From Octopus vulgaris (Eukaryota): a stretch of 64,000 bases of DNA. A program made the position numbers and the translations under genes. Of the stretch, positions 11,891 through 25,401 are shown in pieces. The stretch is taken from NCBI GenBank assembly GCA_951406725.2, contig OX597827.1, positions 47,306,001 through 47,370,000 on the forward strand, given 5' to 3'. Position 1 is the stretch's first letter. Every line of letters begins with the position of its first letter. A model generated the notes under the pieces. It was not told the origin of the DNA, searched no databases, and saw nothing but the letters and a program-made list of their open reading frames with translations.

Positions 11891-12468
11891 ATGTATGTAT
11901 GTATGTATGTATGTATGTACATATACATGTATATATTCACAGACACACACATACTTCTTGAACAAGAATGTTACTGACAGTAATTTCGATGTTTCGTTTA
12001 GCTAAGCCATCGTCGGATGACTTTTTCACACTGGGTCATAAAACATATATCAGCTTGAGTGGTTTATGTAATAATAACCATCTCATTAGGTTCAAATTTG
12101 AAATTCTAGCTGGGTCAATTCTGAACTTCAACGCAATGTAATCAATAAATGATATAATACTAAAATTATGTAAGCCCATCCAGTCAAGCTTTAATTTCGT
12201 TTATATATTGCTGGCCTTATGAAAATACCAAAAATGAATATTTAATAAGTGTATCAGTTACATGACAGAACAGAAAAATAACAAATGTCATAGATTGTTT
12301 TAAATATTCTTTATATTTTCCCGTAAGCCATCCACACATACACACAGCCTACTGACACAAACATCCATACAAATAACAGTGTTTTACACATACACACTTA
12401 TACTCATACACATACATACACACTTATATATATATATATATATATATATAAGTGAATAATATATGAAA

Positions 12469-12496
<28 letters not shown>

Positions 12497-12499
<3 letters not shown>

Positions 12500-14212
12500 A
12501 ATAAATGTAATGAGAAGCAAGTTAGGCAAGTCGATTTACACAAAATATTAAAAAGAGTTAATACAACAAATGTACATGTTTATGGATAAATGATAACGGG
12601 AGTTAAATTGGTAGAGTTTTACGAATACAATAAACTGTTTCTGGGGGCTTGGTGGTCCGGAATAGTGATAGTTACTGAGATCTATTATCGGATAATACCA
12701 CCTCCGCCTTCAGGGGAGAATTATATATAATGGATAATATTACATTTCAATTGTTGACAGGGTTGATTTTACAGATGGAATGAGTTTGTGGGGTGTTAAG
12801 TGTGTTAGGAAGGGGAGTTGGGAGTGTTTTGATAGAGAGTTGTGGGAGAAGAAATGGATTTCAGAGTTAGGGTTAATAATGAAGCTACTGATAGCAGTAG
12901 AGGTGGAAGTTGGGAGGAAAGGTGGTTTAGGAAGTATGTGAGTGATGACCTTTCTGATAGTCAGTCTGAATGCTATGAAATTAAAGGTTGAGAAATTGAA
13001 AAGGGCTTGTTATTAATTAGGGAAAATGAGTTGACTGGTTCAGTAGCTAAGTTGGGGAGGAGATGATCAAATGTTGTTAGTGGGACAAAGGAATTTGGTC
13101 GGTATTAGAGGGGGTGTTGTGGTAAAGGAAGTTGTATGAAATTGAATGGAGAGGTATAGCTAGGGAGGGAGTAGAGATAGATTGGTTAGTTTTCAGAGTG
13201 GGTTTTTGTTAAGTACTCTTTGTAGTTGGGAGGCTAAGAGGAAAGTGGAAGTTGTTGATTTGAAGATTTAGAAGAAATTTGAAATATGTGTATGGGAAGG
13301 AATAATTAGTAGGTTGCAAGGTTAAAATTTGTTTTAGATTACCTTCTTGGGGTATGGAAACTTATTATAGGATTATATATATTTAACGAAGTGCGTGGTA
13401 GTTGAGTAATATCTGTGTTTACATGAACACATAACATCAGAAAATCTATCAAGCAACGAGTTGTAAAGGCGAAGAATCTTTAATGATTCATTTAGACATA
13501 ATTTACACTTATCAATATTTGCACTGTATGGGGGAGCTGCACTTACCATGGACCAGGATAGGGTATATGGAATATTTTGCGCGTTGAGGTTGTGTATTTA
13601 CGTTGCTAAGGAGGCAGATGGTTTAGAGCTTCGACTAGTGAAAGAGGTCATATGTGCACGATAGCGGCGCTTGAAAATTACAGGGACACCGATATATGCT
13701 CTTGCTTAGTGAGAGTGAGTAGTTATAACACGGCACTTTTAGATAACATTTTTGTGCCGGCATGAGCTTGCAAGAGGGCATAATTTAGATACGCGACAGT
13801 TGCTAGGTTTTTTGTTTACCTGCTCCGTAGTTAGGGTCTAGTGCTAATGAGGAATCTACGGACACTAATTCAACTCCGCATAAATACTACCCATTCTTTA
13901 ACAAATCATATGTTAAAATCTACTCCACGGCACCTAATTTAAAATCCATAATCGCCTCCTCGAACAAATGCAAACTCTAACACCAATCATCTGAACACCT
14001 AAACTCTCATATTCAACCCCATGTCACTCCACATACTAGCAAAGACGCAATCCTTAATACCCCACCTCAAATGAATAATACTAAACTCAAGCCAACATTC
14101 CACAATCTCACCTACGTAAAAAAAAACAAATACTAGCTACAATACCACCTCCCAATCCAATTCAAGTACAAATTACACTTTAGGTTCTCCCCCACTAATA
14201 ATAAACCAGCCA
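12497..14212 (-). mobile_element. Penelope-like element relic: GIY-YIG endonuclease plus long 3' region, with inverted 5' segment
   Basis: Minus strand 13804-13400 reads SNCRVSKLCPLASSCRHKNVI*KC...AYIGVPVIFKRRYRAHMTSF...WSMVSAAPPYSANIDKCKLCLNESLKIL...CSCKH (3 stops). Plus strand 13879-13980 reads HKYYPFFNKSYVKIYSTAPNLKSIIASSNKCKL (post-RT segment). Strand skew flips near 13850. Confidence 0.85.
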
Positions 14213-14244
14213 AGTGCAACTGAAACGGAGGCTGTGTTATCCTA

Positions 14245-14392
14245 TAATCACCGTGATCACCGTGACCGACCAGGCTAACAAATGTTATTTTAGCTATCAA
14301 ATGACGCCACCCTGCTGGCTAAGCGAGCTGCCCAACAGAAGAAAGTTGTGGCGAAAGAGTACAGCAGCGATCGCCACCACTCCCTGCCCGAG
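14245..14392 (-). mobile_element. SINE family A 3' part (tail 1)
   Basis: atcaccgtgatcaccgtgaccgaccagg...aaatgacgccaccctgctggctaagcgag...aaagttgtggcgaaagagtacagcag is the reverse complement of 10165-10339. Confidence 0.8.
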
Positions 14393-14399
14393 CGTATGT

Positions 14400-14599
14400 A
14401 CGTGTGTTGTCCTTCACACCGCTTGAGAAACGGTGTTGGTGCGTTTACGTTCTGTAAATTAACGGTTCGGCAAAAAACAAAATAGAATTGGAAACAGGCT
14501 TAAAAACAAATTTTAAAAAGTATTGGGGTCGATCCATTCGACTAAAATTTTTCAATGCGATGCCCCAGCATGGCCACAGCCTAATGACCGAAGCAAGTA

Positions 14600-14600
<1 letters not shown>
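14400..14600 (+). mobile_element. SINE family B 3' half, diverged
   Basis: cggtgttggtgcgtttacgttc...cggttcggcaaaa...ggggtcgat...ccagcatggccacag. Confidence 0.7.
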
Positions 14601-14639
<39 letters not shown>

Positions 14640-14734
14640 ATGTGTGTGTGTGTGTGCGTGTGTGTATTTAAATGTGCATATTTGTAGAATCATTTATATA
14701 TGTGGTGGTTCGTAAGCGTGCACCTACATGAGCT

Positions 14735-14815
<81 letters not shown>

Positions 14816-15042
14816 GTATATTATATAGGCTGGCGAATAGTTTTAGAAATTTCACCAGCAGTGGCCTAGCATGTATAAAAACGTCATTTTCCCAAGGTAA
14901 AAAAATAAGGTAAAAGTTTTTATTTTTCATTCCCTTCCAAAATTGCTCTTAAATGTGGTTTTGGTCATTTTGACTGCTTCTTCTAGCCTGTAAAAATTAC
15001 CTGTTAAAGGTGGTTTTCTCTTGTGTTTAAATGTACACTATT

Positions 15043-15089
<47 letters not shown>

Positions 15090-15339
15090 ATCAATCGAAA
15101 CTCCTGGTTGTTACGGGGGATCACACTTTTCGACGACAATGTTACCATCGTTTGTCTAAGTTATCTTTAGCCCGAGGTTCTGCTAGTTAGGAAACATATG
15201 TAGGCTGGATTTTATCTAGTCCTTTCTCTGAATTCGGAATTTTAACTTCGATATGGGAAAAATTTACAACAGAGATGCATAGATATTCACGGCTCATATT
15301 TTGACTAATCAAAACATTCCTACCGTTAATTTTTCAGAA

Positions 15340-15862
15340 TAAAATGAAAGGTTTAGTAAAAGTTGAACTTTTAAATTGAAACCAAACGATAACAAATGAG
15401 AACTACTGCGGGTAGCTTGAGTGGCTCAAGTCAGCGCTAGAGGAAAACGACCAACTTTGGTTTCAAGACGAAAGGTGTTCTTCCATCAGGATAATGCTCG
15501 GCCACATACAGCGAGGATGACATTAGAAAGGCGGGAGCAGTTTCAATGTCAAACGATGTCCCACCCACCATATTCACCAGACATTGCCCCATCTGATTAC
15601 CATTTATTCCGCACACTTCAAAATAATTTGAACGGAAAAAATATGAACTCTCCAGACGTGTAGAGAACATTTCTGGAAGAGTATCTTTCGTCATGTATAA
15701 GTGAAGTTTGGAAGAGGGCCCTACTAGTCTGCAAGATAGATTGAAGAGCGTTGTAGAAAATGAAGGAAAGTATATTTTAGATTAAAAAAGAATTTTGTTT
15801 ATCTTAATTTTGTAAAAAAAAAGAGGTATAAACAAACCGCATTATTTATAGGTTAACCCAAT
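15340..15862 (+). mobile_element. Mariner (D,D34D) transposase C-terminal relic with right TIR
   Basis: FFHQDNARPHTA...HPPYSPDIAPSDYHLFR motifs; ends aaaccgcattatttataggttaacccaa|ta, matching the TIR at ~54995 in reverse complement. Confidence 0.9.
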
Positions 15863-15883
15863 ATATGAGTATGTATATATATG

Positions 15884-15932
15884 TTTTGAGAAATTTGAAA
15901 AGTTAAACACGAAACCGGTAATTTCTTCAAAA
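15884..15932 (+). ncRNA. Type I minimal hammerhead ribozyme, U3-A8 core variant
   Basis: TTTTGAGAAAT-TTGAAAA-GT(TAAAC)AC-GAAAC-CG-GTA-ATTTCTTCAAAA: ~11-bp stem I with one bulge, 2-bp stem II, palindromic stem III ACCGGT, GUA; (TA)n 160 nt downstream. Confidence 0.7.
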
Positions 15933-16089
15933 ACTATGTCACTCTATGAAAAAAATTTATAACATTCTTCTGACATAATGACTCAAATATATATTTTTTA
16001 ACCTTTTAAAACAAGCCTTCTGTAGTTTTTTCACTTTTTACTATTTTCTATATATTCAACCACGTGCTTTCACACACCAACTTTCTCAC

Positions 16090-16126
<37 letters not shown>

Positions 16127-16143
16127 ACACGGTACACACACAC

Positions 16144-16198
<55 letters not shown>

Positions 16199-16208
16199 TA
16201 TATATATG

Positions 16209-16262
<54 letters not shown>

Positions 16263-17338
16263 CGCATATATGTATTTATTTATGGGTGTAGGTATATCTA
16301 CAAATGCTCAATATCCTAGACGCTAATTTGCCAGATCAAGAGATATATGAGCTTCAATAAATGTCGTAATGTGTGCATAAAGAATTTCAAAATCAAATGG
16401 AAGATGTAAAGCGAAGTCTATATAAGAGCCCAACGCCGAATAATAAAACATGGATAAGATTTAATGGCAAATGTTATGATATAAATATTGATGCTCCGTA
16501 ATCAGAATATTGAAGGGGATTGTTCGATGAATAGCTTTCATTGTGTGATTCCACAAATACAGAGAGGGGTACATATTATTCTGCATCTATATTGCAGTCC
16601 CCTGCTGTCACTCGTTAGATTTAGCACATATATATATGTGTGTGTGTGTGTGTGTGTATTTATGTAGGTATTTGTGCTTGTGTATTAAGTGCAATATAAA
16701 ATGTTTAATATGAAATCATTGGGTATACAATACCTATTGAAATATTTGGATTGTGCTATCATCGTTATTAGTTTCAGAATGATATACATTGTATAGCTTT
16801 TATGTCCAGAAGAACTATAAGGCATATAACGCAGGATACATACACACACTGCAGGAGCTGAATAAATACCTTTTAGTTTTTAGTTGTCTTACATTACGAT
16901 CGGTGTTCAAATCCCATCTAAACTGTATTCTGCTTTTCGTTATTTCAAGCTCGACACAACAAGTATCAGCTAAAACCTTCAGAATTCGGAAAAGCTGAAT
17001 CGTTCGTGGTTTCCCTTAAATGTTTCTCTTCGCAACACTTTGGCTGTGGGTCCGATTCCCATTTGCGAAACCTTGGGAAGGAACTTGTTTTCTCTCAATG
17101 TTTCCTTTGTCCAATATTTTGCTGTTGGAAAGGCGGTGAGCTGGCAGAAACTTCGGGTTTATTTATTTATGTTCGTACCATTTCTATCATCATCATCGTC
17201 GTCGTCGGCATAATAATAATAATAACAATCATAATAATAACAACAACAACAACAGTAACAACAACAACAGCAACAACAACAACAACAACAACAATAATAA
17301 TAATGATAATAATAATGGCATGCACTGCTCTCTCACTC

Positions 17339-17391
<53 letters not shown>

Positions 17392-17403
17392 TGATAATAA
17401 TAA

Positions 17404-17791
17404 TGGGAAGCACTCCGTCGGTTACGACGATGAGGGTTCCGGTTGATCCGAATCAACGGAACAGCCTGCTCGTGAAATTAACGTGTAAGTGGCTGAGCAC
17501 TCCACAGACACGTGCACCCTTAACGTAGTTCTCGGGGATATTCAGCGTGACACAGAGAGTGACAAGGCCGGCCCCTTGAAATACAGGTACAACAGAAACA
17601 GGAAGTAAGAGTGAGAGAAAGTTGTGGTGAAAGAGTACAGCAAGGATCACCACCATCCCCTGTCGGAGCCTCGTGGAGCTTTTTAGGTGTTTTCGCTCAA
17701 TAAACACTCACAACGCCCGGTCTGGGAATCGAAACCGCGATCCTATGACCGCGAATCCGCTGCCCTAACCACTGGGCCATTGCGCCTCCAC
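17404..17791 (-). mobile_element. tRNA-derived SINE, family A head with tail type 2, full length
   Basis: Reverse complement starts gtggaggcgcaatggcccagtggttagggcagcgg (A box) ...ggtttcgattcccag (B box); inserted in a (TAA)n tract. Confidence 0.9.
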
Positions 17792-17793
17792 TG

Positions 17794-17857
<64 letters not shown>

Positions 17858-19539
17858 TAATAATAACAATAATAATAATAATAATATTAATGATGATTTT
17901 GCTACATCTGTTCTTCTAATCCCTCACATTATCATTATATTTATTTATTGCATTTCATAATTTTAATCTTTCATGTGCATTAGTATGAACATCCACCACC
18001 TCGTCATCATCATGTTGGTTATGTTGTTGCTGTTTATAATGTTGTGGTGGTGTTCTAATGCCAGCTGAGCTTTGATAGCATGAATGTATGATAAAATATC
18101 ATGAAGTCTCTTATTCCATGTTTCGATATATACAGTATCACGCGCGTCATTCTTTTTCCCAAAATGATTTAAATGAGATTTGGCTTTCATTTCCAGATAC
18201 AATAATGGCTGCAAAGATTCTCCTGTTTAATCGTCATTAGAATATTTGGCTATTATCTGCTGTTAATATGTAACTGTAGTAGCAAAATGGCAGTTAACTT
18301 GTTCGAAGAGATATTATGTGTGATAATTCAATATTTTAATCTCTTGCTAATCAATATTTGGGGGTTGTATTCGATCTATGTTTGCAGTCGCCATTTTGTT
18401 TGAGAGGTTCATGAAGACGTGTGATATCGCTGACGGAAACTATCATCTCAAAGAACGATATCGATCGCAATAGTAACAGTCTTGCTGGTTACATTTATTA
18501 AGCGATACTAAAGGAAATGTATTATACTTAATATATCATAAACATGATTATGATGCTTCACTTACTCATTTTGGCATTATATCAAGGAACCCTGCTTGAT
18601 CACTAGATGCTATTGCTCTGAAGTAGTTCCGACTAAGATTTATATCAGCGATTTCTATGTATACAAATTATGCACACTCAGCACGTTTTCACAAAGTTAG
18701 TTTAATCAAACGTCAACTCTGATAATGTAATTAGAGAATTTCAAGTTGTAATCTCGAAAACTAAGGAAGCTTAAGTTTTGAATAAGAGGCTAGTCCATTA
18801 CAGAATCTTAGCATGTTCATCATTGTTCATAACACGCATTCATCTTTAATTATTCGTATTAATCTATCTTATTTCCTGCTTAATAGAACGATTGCATGTC
18901 GGTCAGACCTCACCGCCTCCTTTTACCTTCCTTCTTCCTCTCCAGCTTCCTTATTACATTTCCCTAAAAACAGAATGCCATCTTTCTGCACAAGTGCTTG
19001 CTTACAGAGCATATCCATCGCCAAATAATTAGCAATTATAAACTTCTTGTAATGTGATCGATCGCTTATTTCAGGAGAAAAGTTAAGGCACTTCAGCAAC
19101 AGATAATAGGTTTTAATCGACATATAATGTAAATTGGAGATACTACTTGAAGTGTTCCTTCTTATGAAGAGAACGTAGAATATTTTATACAGCCGCCGTG
19201 TCTATAACTACTTTAAAATATGAAGAGTTTCATTGTCGTCAAAAAGCATTGTGGGTATTCATTACAGCAAGGTGATGGGTTCTCGTGGGAATTAATTAAT
19301 GCGCGACCTAAGTAGTTGTTCTATAAAAGTATCATTGTACTGGTATTTAGTATCATTTGTGAAGATGCAACAATAGGAACCACAGATATTTTGGTCGCTA
19401 GTTAGGTTTGCTGGCGACGAACGTGATGGAAATTGCACCAAATCTCTCTCAAATCATATCGTATATTTTTATAAACTGAAAACGACAATATATGATGTAT
19501 TGCTTCCGATACTAAGAAGTGAATAGCACTAACGGAACG

Positions 19540-19678
19540 CTTTACTCTTTTACTTGCTTCAGTCATTTGACTGTGGGCATGCTGGAGCACCGCATTTAGT
19601 CGAGCAAATCGATCCCAGGACTTATTCTTTGTAAGCCTAGTACTTATTCTATCGTTTTCTTTTGCCGAACCGCTAAGA
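19540..19678 (-). mobile_element. SINE family B 3' fragment
   Basis: tttactcttttacttgcttcagtcatttgactg...gccgaaccgctaag. Confidence 0.85.
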
Positions 19679-20053
19679 TACGTAATGATTATAAATGATT
19701 AGATCCTACCTGGGGTGAAACAGTATCATTAATAGTGAAATAAAGATAGAAAAGATGTTTTGATAAGGATTAGTTATGAGGAAGCCCTGCGATCCATACC
19801 TGTCGCAGGTCTTAGAAGTCATCTGATATCAATGAATGTGCCATTTAATTAGAATATCTGTCAGACGAAGTCTGCAGAAATAAAACTGTTTTCGACGTAA
19901 CCTTGCCCAAGCGCAATATACAGGTAAATGCCAAACGTTTGATGATTATTAGCAGTGTTCATCAATGGATGACGAGTTTTATTGACTCAAGTAGCAACGG
20001 TACGGTGTTGTGACTTCTATACTTTCCAAAGACCATTATGGTGAAATAGCAAA

Positions 20054-20088
<35 letters not shown>

Positions 20089-21167
20089 AACTAAAATATT
20101 TTAATCCTGCATGGATTAAAAGTTGTTCTGTACAGACTCGCAACCTACTGAAAGTGGATTAGTGTACAAAAGACGAGCCCACATTCTCGAAATAGTAGAG
20201 TACCCCTATGAGGTCATCTTTTCTGCTAGAAGTAACAAGCTTAATTTTCCACACATCAAATAATGCTGTTTTAATTAAGATATTTGTTAAAGCCTGCTAT
20301 AGTTTGGAATATACAGAATGACAGTTTAATCGTGTCTAGAAGGACTTTGATTATAGATTTGTTGGCCAGGACTAACCTAGGGCTCAACAAAATGATGTCA
20401 TATGAGCGAAAGGTGGCTGAATATTCATATGAGCAAAGATATTTCATTTTGTCTCGACCAAGATACCCACAACTGACCAATATATTTCGCTTGGAAAGAA
20501 GTACCCTGGATATGATATCTCTGTTGGTTTAAGAAGTTTAACTACCCAGTGTTTTACTGTCTGGAAGTAATAGAGTATTTTCTGTATTGATACTCTCTTT
20601 ATTTATCCAAAACAAATGATATCTTCAACTTACCAAACTGATATCTACTTGATACAATAAGACAATATGAAATGATTTCTAACTTTAACGCAAGGCCAAC
20701 GATATCGGCGGAGGGTGCTATGGATTCATTCAAAAGATTTTATTACAAGACTGGTGCTTGTATTATTATTCCGGAGTAACTCTTTTCTTAATCGACTTTG
20801 GCGGAAATTGAAATCTGAATGTGAAGCGAAGGAACTAAACAACACAAAGGATTATATCCGATGCTCTCATGATTCCGCCGTCTAATAGCATAAGGGGAAA
20901 AAAAGGGAGGAAAATCTAACAAATGATATGATCGAACGAATAACATGTATCTCTGATCCACTCAAATTAACCTTAATCCCCTCAATGCATATTTCCCGTT
21001 AAAAATAAGTACGAAAAACCTAAAACCTTGCTATAGAGAAGAAATATTATTTTCTTTTGAAATTGAATTCATATGAAAAATAAAGAAAAAAATATTGTTT
21101 CTACTATAAGCAAAGGGTCTTATATTTAGAAGATGCGGTAGTCGATTACATCCACTCCAGTCGTTAA

Positions 21168-21218
<51 letters not shown>

Positions 21219-21276
21219 TCTTCTTCTTCTTCTTCTTCTTCTTCTTCTTCTTCTTCTTCTTCTTCTTCTTCTTCTT

Positions 21277-21307
<31 letters not shown>

Positions 21308-21357
21308 TTATTATTATTATTATTATTATTCTTCTTCTTCTTCTTCTTCTTCTTCTT

Positions 21358-21388
<31 letters not shown>

Positions 21389-21422
21389 TTATTATTATTA
21401 TTATTATAATTATTATTATTAT
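21168..21422. repeat. Compound (TTA)n/(TTC)n microsatellite
   Basis: Alternating TTA and TTC blocks, directly visible; explains the poly-K/R/N ORFs. Confidence 0.95.
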
Positions 21423-21423
21423 C

Positions 21424-21690
21424 ATTGCGTTTGCACAACTTCCAACGCTGGAGATGTACTACGGTGTCAGCTGTTCACTACCAGTGAACTAAGGTAACAC
21501 TTATTTTTCGAGCACCTTCCGGAGTATTCGAGCGGTTCCAAGCAGTGCTGTTTTCTGCAAGTGCCCCACCCTTATTGCAGCCCCTATATGTTCCATGTAC
21601 TTCTCAAGATTTTTACTCACTGTTCCCAGGGTTCCGACAATTATTAGTACTACTGCTACCTTTTCCATCGACCACAGCTGTTTAACGTTA
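21424..21690 (-). mobile_element. R4/Dong-like non-LTR 3' end, 5'-truncated, in a TAA tract
   Basis: Minus strand VKQLWSMEKVAVLIIVGTLGTVSKNLEKYMEHI...HLQKTALLGTARILRKVLEK*, a short UTR, then (TAA)n. Confidence 0.9.
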
Positions 21691-21713
21691 TTGTTAATAA
21701 TAATATTAATAAT

Positions 21714-21746
<33 letters not shown>

Positions 21747-21850
21747 TATAATGATAATATTAATAATAATAATAATAATAATTATAATGATAATATTAAT
21801 AATAATAATAATAATAATATTAATAATAATAATATTAATAAGGATAATAA

Positions 21851-22055
21851 TCCTTTCTACTAACGGCGCAAAGCCTGAAGTTTTGGCGGAGGGGAGAAGT
21901 CGATCACATTGATCTCAGTACTCAATTGATACTTATTTTTTCAACCCAAAGAACGAAATGGAAAGTCGACTACGACGGGATTTGAACTCAGAACTTAAGG
22001 ACTGATGAAATGCCGCTAAGCACTTTAACCGGTGTGATTCTGTCAGCTCACCGCC
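21851..22055 (-). mobile_element. SINE family C copy, diverged
   Basis: aaagtcgactacgacgggatttgaactcagaac...gccgctaagcac...gctcaccgcc. Confidence 0.7.
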
Positions 22056-22195
22056 GTTGGGTATAGCTCGCATTCTGCAGGTGAGTATTGTTCTTTTGAA
22101 TCACAGGAGAAGGCACTACTTGTAACCTTTGGTAATTCGTTATTTCCTGCTTTCAAATTAAGAACTATCTGAGAGTCTTTCATAATAATAAGGAT

Positions 22196-22270
<75 letters not shown>

Positions 22271-22317
22271 GATGATGATGATGACGATGATAATAGTAGT
22301 AATAATAATAATAATAA

Positions 22318-22535
22318 AGGTTTCATATTTTGGCACAAAGGCAACAAATTCGGGGGCGGGACCGAGGAATTCGATTAAATCGATCCCGGTGCTCAATTTG
22401 TACTAATGTTATCCACACCGAAAGAATGAAAGGGAAAATCAACCACGGCAGAACTTGAACTCAGAACGCAAAGCTGGACCAAATGCCGCTAGGCTTTTTG
22501 TTCAGCGTGTCCAAGATAGTGACAGCTCGCCGACT
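22318..22535 (-). mobile_element. SINE family C copy, diverged
   Basis: ccgaaagaatgaaaggg...ttgaactcagaacg...aaatgccgctagg...cagctcgccg; follows a (TAA)n tract. Confidence 0.7.
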
Positions 22536-22800
22536 TAGTAATGCTTCTTATTCATCATATCCCATTCATACATACAGCATATGATATAAACCTAAGTTTT
22601 CGTTTAAGTTAGTAAGAGACAAATCTTCGTTTTTAATTAAATACATATAAGTGTATAATTTTAATTATATATACATATAATTACGTAGAGTTAAATTGGA
22701 TTAAGATATTTGCTGAAGTAAATGGATTTCTTATATAATACTAGATTAAAATGCATTAAAATCGTGTAAACATAAAAGTAGATATTACTCTGAAAATGAA

Positions 22801-22846
22801 TAACACTTCAAATATATATTCACATTTCTCTCTCTCTCTTTCTCTC

Positions 22847-22894
<48 letters not shown>

Positions 22895-22937
22895 GAGAGA
22901 AAGAGAGAGAGAGAAATGTGAATATATATTTGAAGTG

Positions 22938-22940
<3 letters not shown>
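22801..22940. repeat. Perfect 140-bp palindrome centred on (TA)n
   Basis: taacacttcaaatatatattcacatttctctctctctctttctctctcga-(TA)n-tcgagagagaaagagagagagagaaatgtgaatatatatttgaagtgtta. Confidence 0.95.
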
Positions 22941-22981
<41 letters not shown>

Positions 22982-23600
22982 TTATCTCTCTTTCTCTTTG
23001 ATTCTCTCCCTCACCAACCTCTGTCTCTTTATATATATATTAGGACTGAGATTGTGTATTTCACGATCTCATGACTGCTATATCATCCGGAAAGATACCT
23101 GATTCCTGAAGGTATCGTCTACATATGTGTCTTTCTTTCTTTAGGGAAGTTAGGAATGACAGATTCATTACGTGGGCCATTATATGAAAAAAAAAATTAA
23201 CAGCGAATAAGGAAACAGAAATCCAGAATAGTAGTCATACCAGTGTCTGTGTGCGTCAGTTATCAAATGATTTGGAACAGCGGTAGACAGAATAAATTTA
23301 GTTACGACAGAAGAAAATGTCCGACTACATCAGATTACTCTCTTAACTGAAACAAACGAACTCTTTTTATTTTCTTTTTCTACCTCTCTTTCTCATTTTC
23401 TTTTCTTTGAGGGTAATTGCGTTCGAAACATCAGATCTCGCATTTTACACATGGTAGCTATACATGCATACATACATACATACATGCATACATACATACA
23501 TGCATACATACATAGATACATACATACATACATACATACATACATACTAAAAGAATAGGATAGATATATATAGGGGGAAAAAAAAAGGTCGGCAATGCCT

Positions 23601-23964
23601 GATGGTTCCGGGTTCAGTCCCACTGCGTGGCATCTTGGGCAAGTGTCTTCTGCTATAGCCCCGGGCCGACCAATGCCTTGTGAGTGGATTTGGTAGACGG
23701 AAACTGAAAGAAGCCTGTATATATATATATAAGTGTGTGTGTATATGTTTTTGTGTCTGTGTTTGTCCCCCTAGCATTGCTTGACAACCGATGCTGGTGT
23801 GTTTACGTCCCCGTCACTTAGCGGTTCGGCAAAAGAGACCGATAGAATAAGTACTGGGCTTACAAAGAATAAGTTCCGGGGTCGATTTACTCGACTAAAG
23901 GCGGTGCTCCAGCATAGCCGCAGTCAAATGACTGAAAGAAGTAAAAGAGTAAAAGAGTAAAGAG
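23601..23964 (+). mobile_element. SINE family B copy
   Basis: Closely matches 10447-10836. Confidence 0.9.
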
Positions 23965-24033
23965 TATGTATGTATGTATGTATGTATGTATGTATGTATG
24001 TATGTATGTATGTATGTATGTATGTATGTATAT

Positions 24034-24064
<31 letters not shown>

Positions 24065-24331
24065 AATTTATTATATAAATATATAAATATATTTATATGA
24101 ATATATATATAACTGTAGGAATGATGTGAATATAATTATATCTTTAAATTATGTTTTTCTAAATGCAAATAAACCATAAATGTTGTTCTTCGTTGTAAAT
24201 ATATGTATTAATATGAGTATGTGTGTGGTGTGATTATAAATTATGTACACAAACACACACACATACACACATATATATACATATATATATAAAGCGATTG
24301 ATAGATAGACATATCTCATAAGCTATATATA

Positions 24332-24467
<136 letters not shown>

Positions 24468-25062
24468 ATATGCCTACATACAAACATACATACATACATA
24501 CATACACGCACCAAAAAGAACATTAATTTATTTCGCTGCAGTAACTATATCTCTTGCTGTTACATTTGCTATTGAAGTAAATATAAAATCGATTGAAATA
24601 ATATTAATCACAAACAACTATTTCATACATTTTCCATCAAGTAGAGGAGACAGTCTTAGGCATTTCGGGGGTTATTTACAGATCGCATCATCGAAACTTG
24701 TTACCGTCGTGTTCACTATATTTATTTCCAGAAGCAGTGAAGAAACATCTAAGGAGAATATATACAATATATTATATTTGCAGGCTTATCACATATAGAA
24801 TTGTTTAGAGGAAAATATATTCGACGTTACCGTCTACACGAAAACTTATTTGAATTTTATTGGTAGAAATATTAAAATGGATGGCATAAGTAACTATTCT
24901 CGCGGCACATAGCAAATATATTCACGTCTTTTTATTTCCAATCAACATTATTTAATTACAACTAAAGAATGGCGAAAGTATACTTCTAAAGTTTCATTTC
25001 ATATGATGAATAACGCGCTAATACATATATAAAGTCTGAAATAGGAAAAAAAAAACGATAAA

Positions 25063-25368
25063 CGTCGCCCTTTTCAAGCCTAGCCAGGCGCATGGGTCTC
25101 GTCTCCCGGTTTTTGTGGCGTATGTGTTCCCTCGAGCTGGACGGGACGCCAGTCCATCGCAGCGTTAATCAAGAAACAGGAAGCGAGAGTGAGAGAAAGT
25201 TGTGGCGAAAGATTACAACAGGAGTCGCCACCACCCCCTGTCGGAGCCTCGTGGAGCTTTTAGGTGTTTTCGCTCAATAAACATAGACAACGCCCGGTCT
25301 GGGAATCGAAACCGCTAATCTCGGACCGCGAGTCTGCTGCTCTAACCACTGGGCCATTGCGCATCCAC
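25063..25368 (-). mobile_element. tRNA-derived SINE, family A head with tail type 3 (V-domain-like)
   Basis: Same head and body as 10034 and 17791, but the tail is ctgcgatggactggcgtcccgtccagc...cctggctaggcttgaaaagg. Confidence 0.85.
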
Positions 25369-25401
25369 AAGGTCTGAAATACTAATCTGAAACGCAATAT
25401 A

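Noticed and set aside
11975-12022. Minus-strand CCGACGA...GAAA...GTC motif
   Set aside because: Stems cannot be drawn consistently.
18813-19123. Short ORFs in unique-looking sequence
   Set aside because: No motif I can assign; possibly a very old transposon relic.
22072-22090. CAG|GTGAGT splice donor (similar at ~40168)
   Set aside because: Directly downstream of SINE sequence with no acceptor or open exon upstream.
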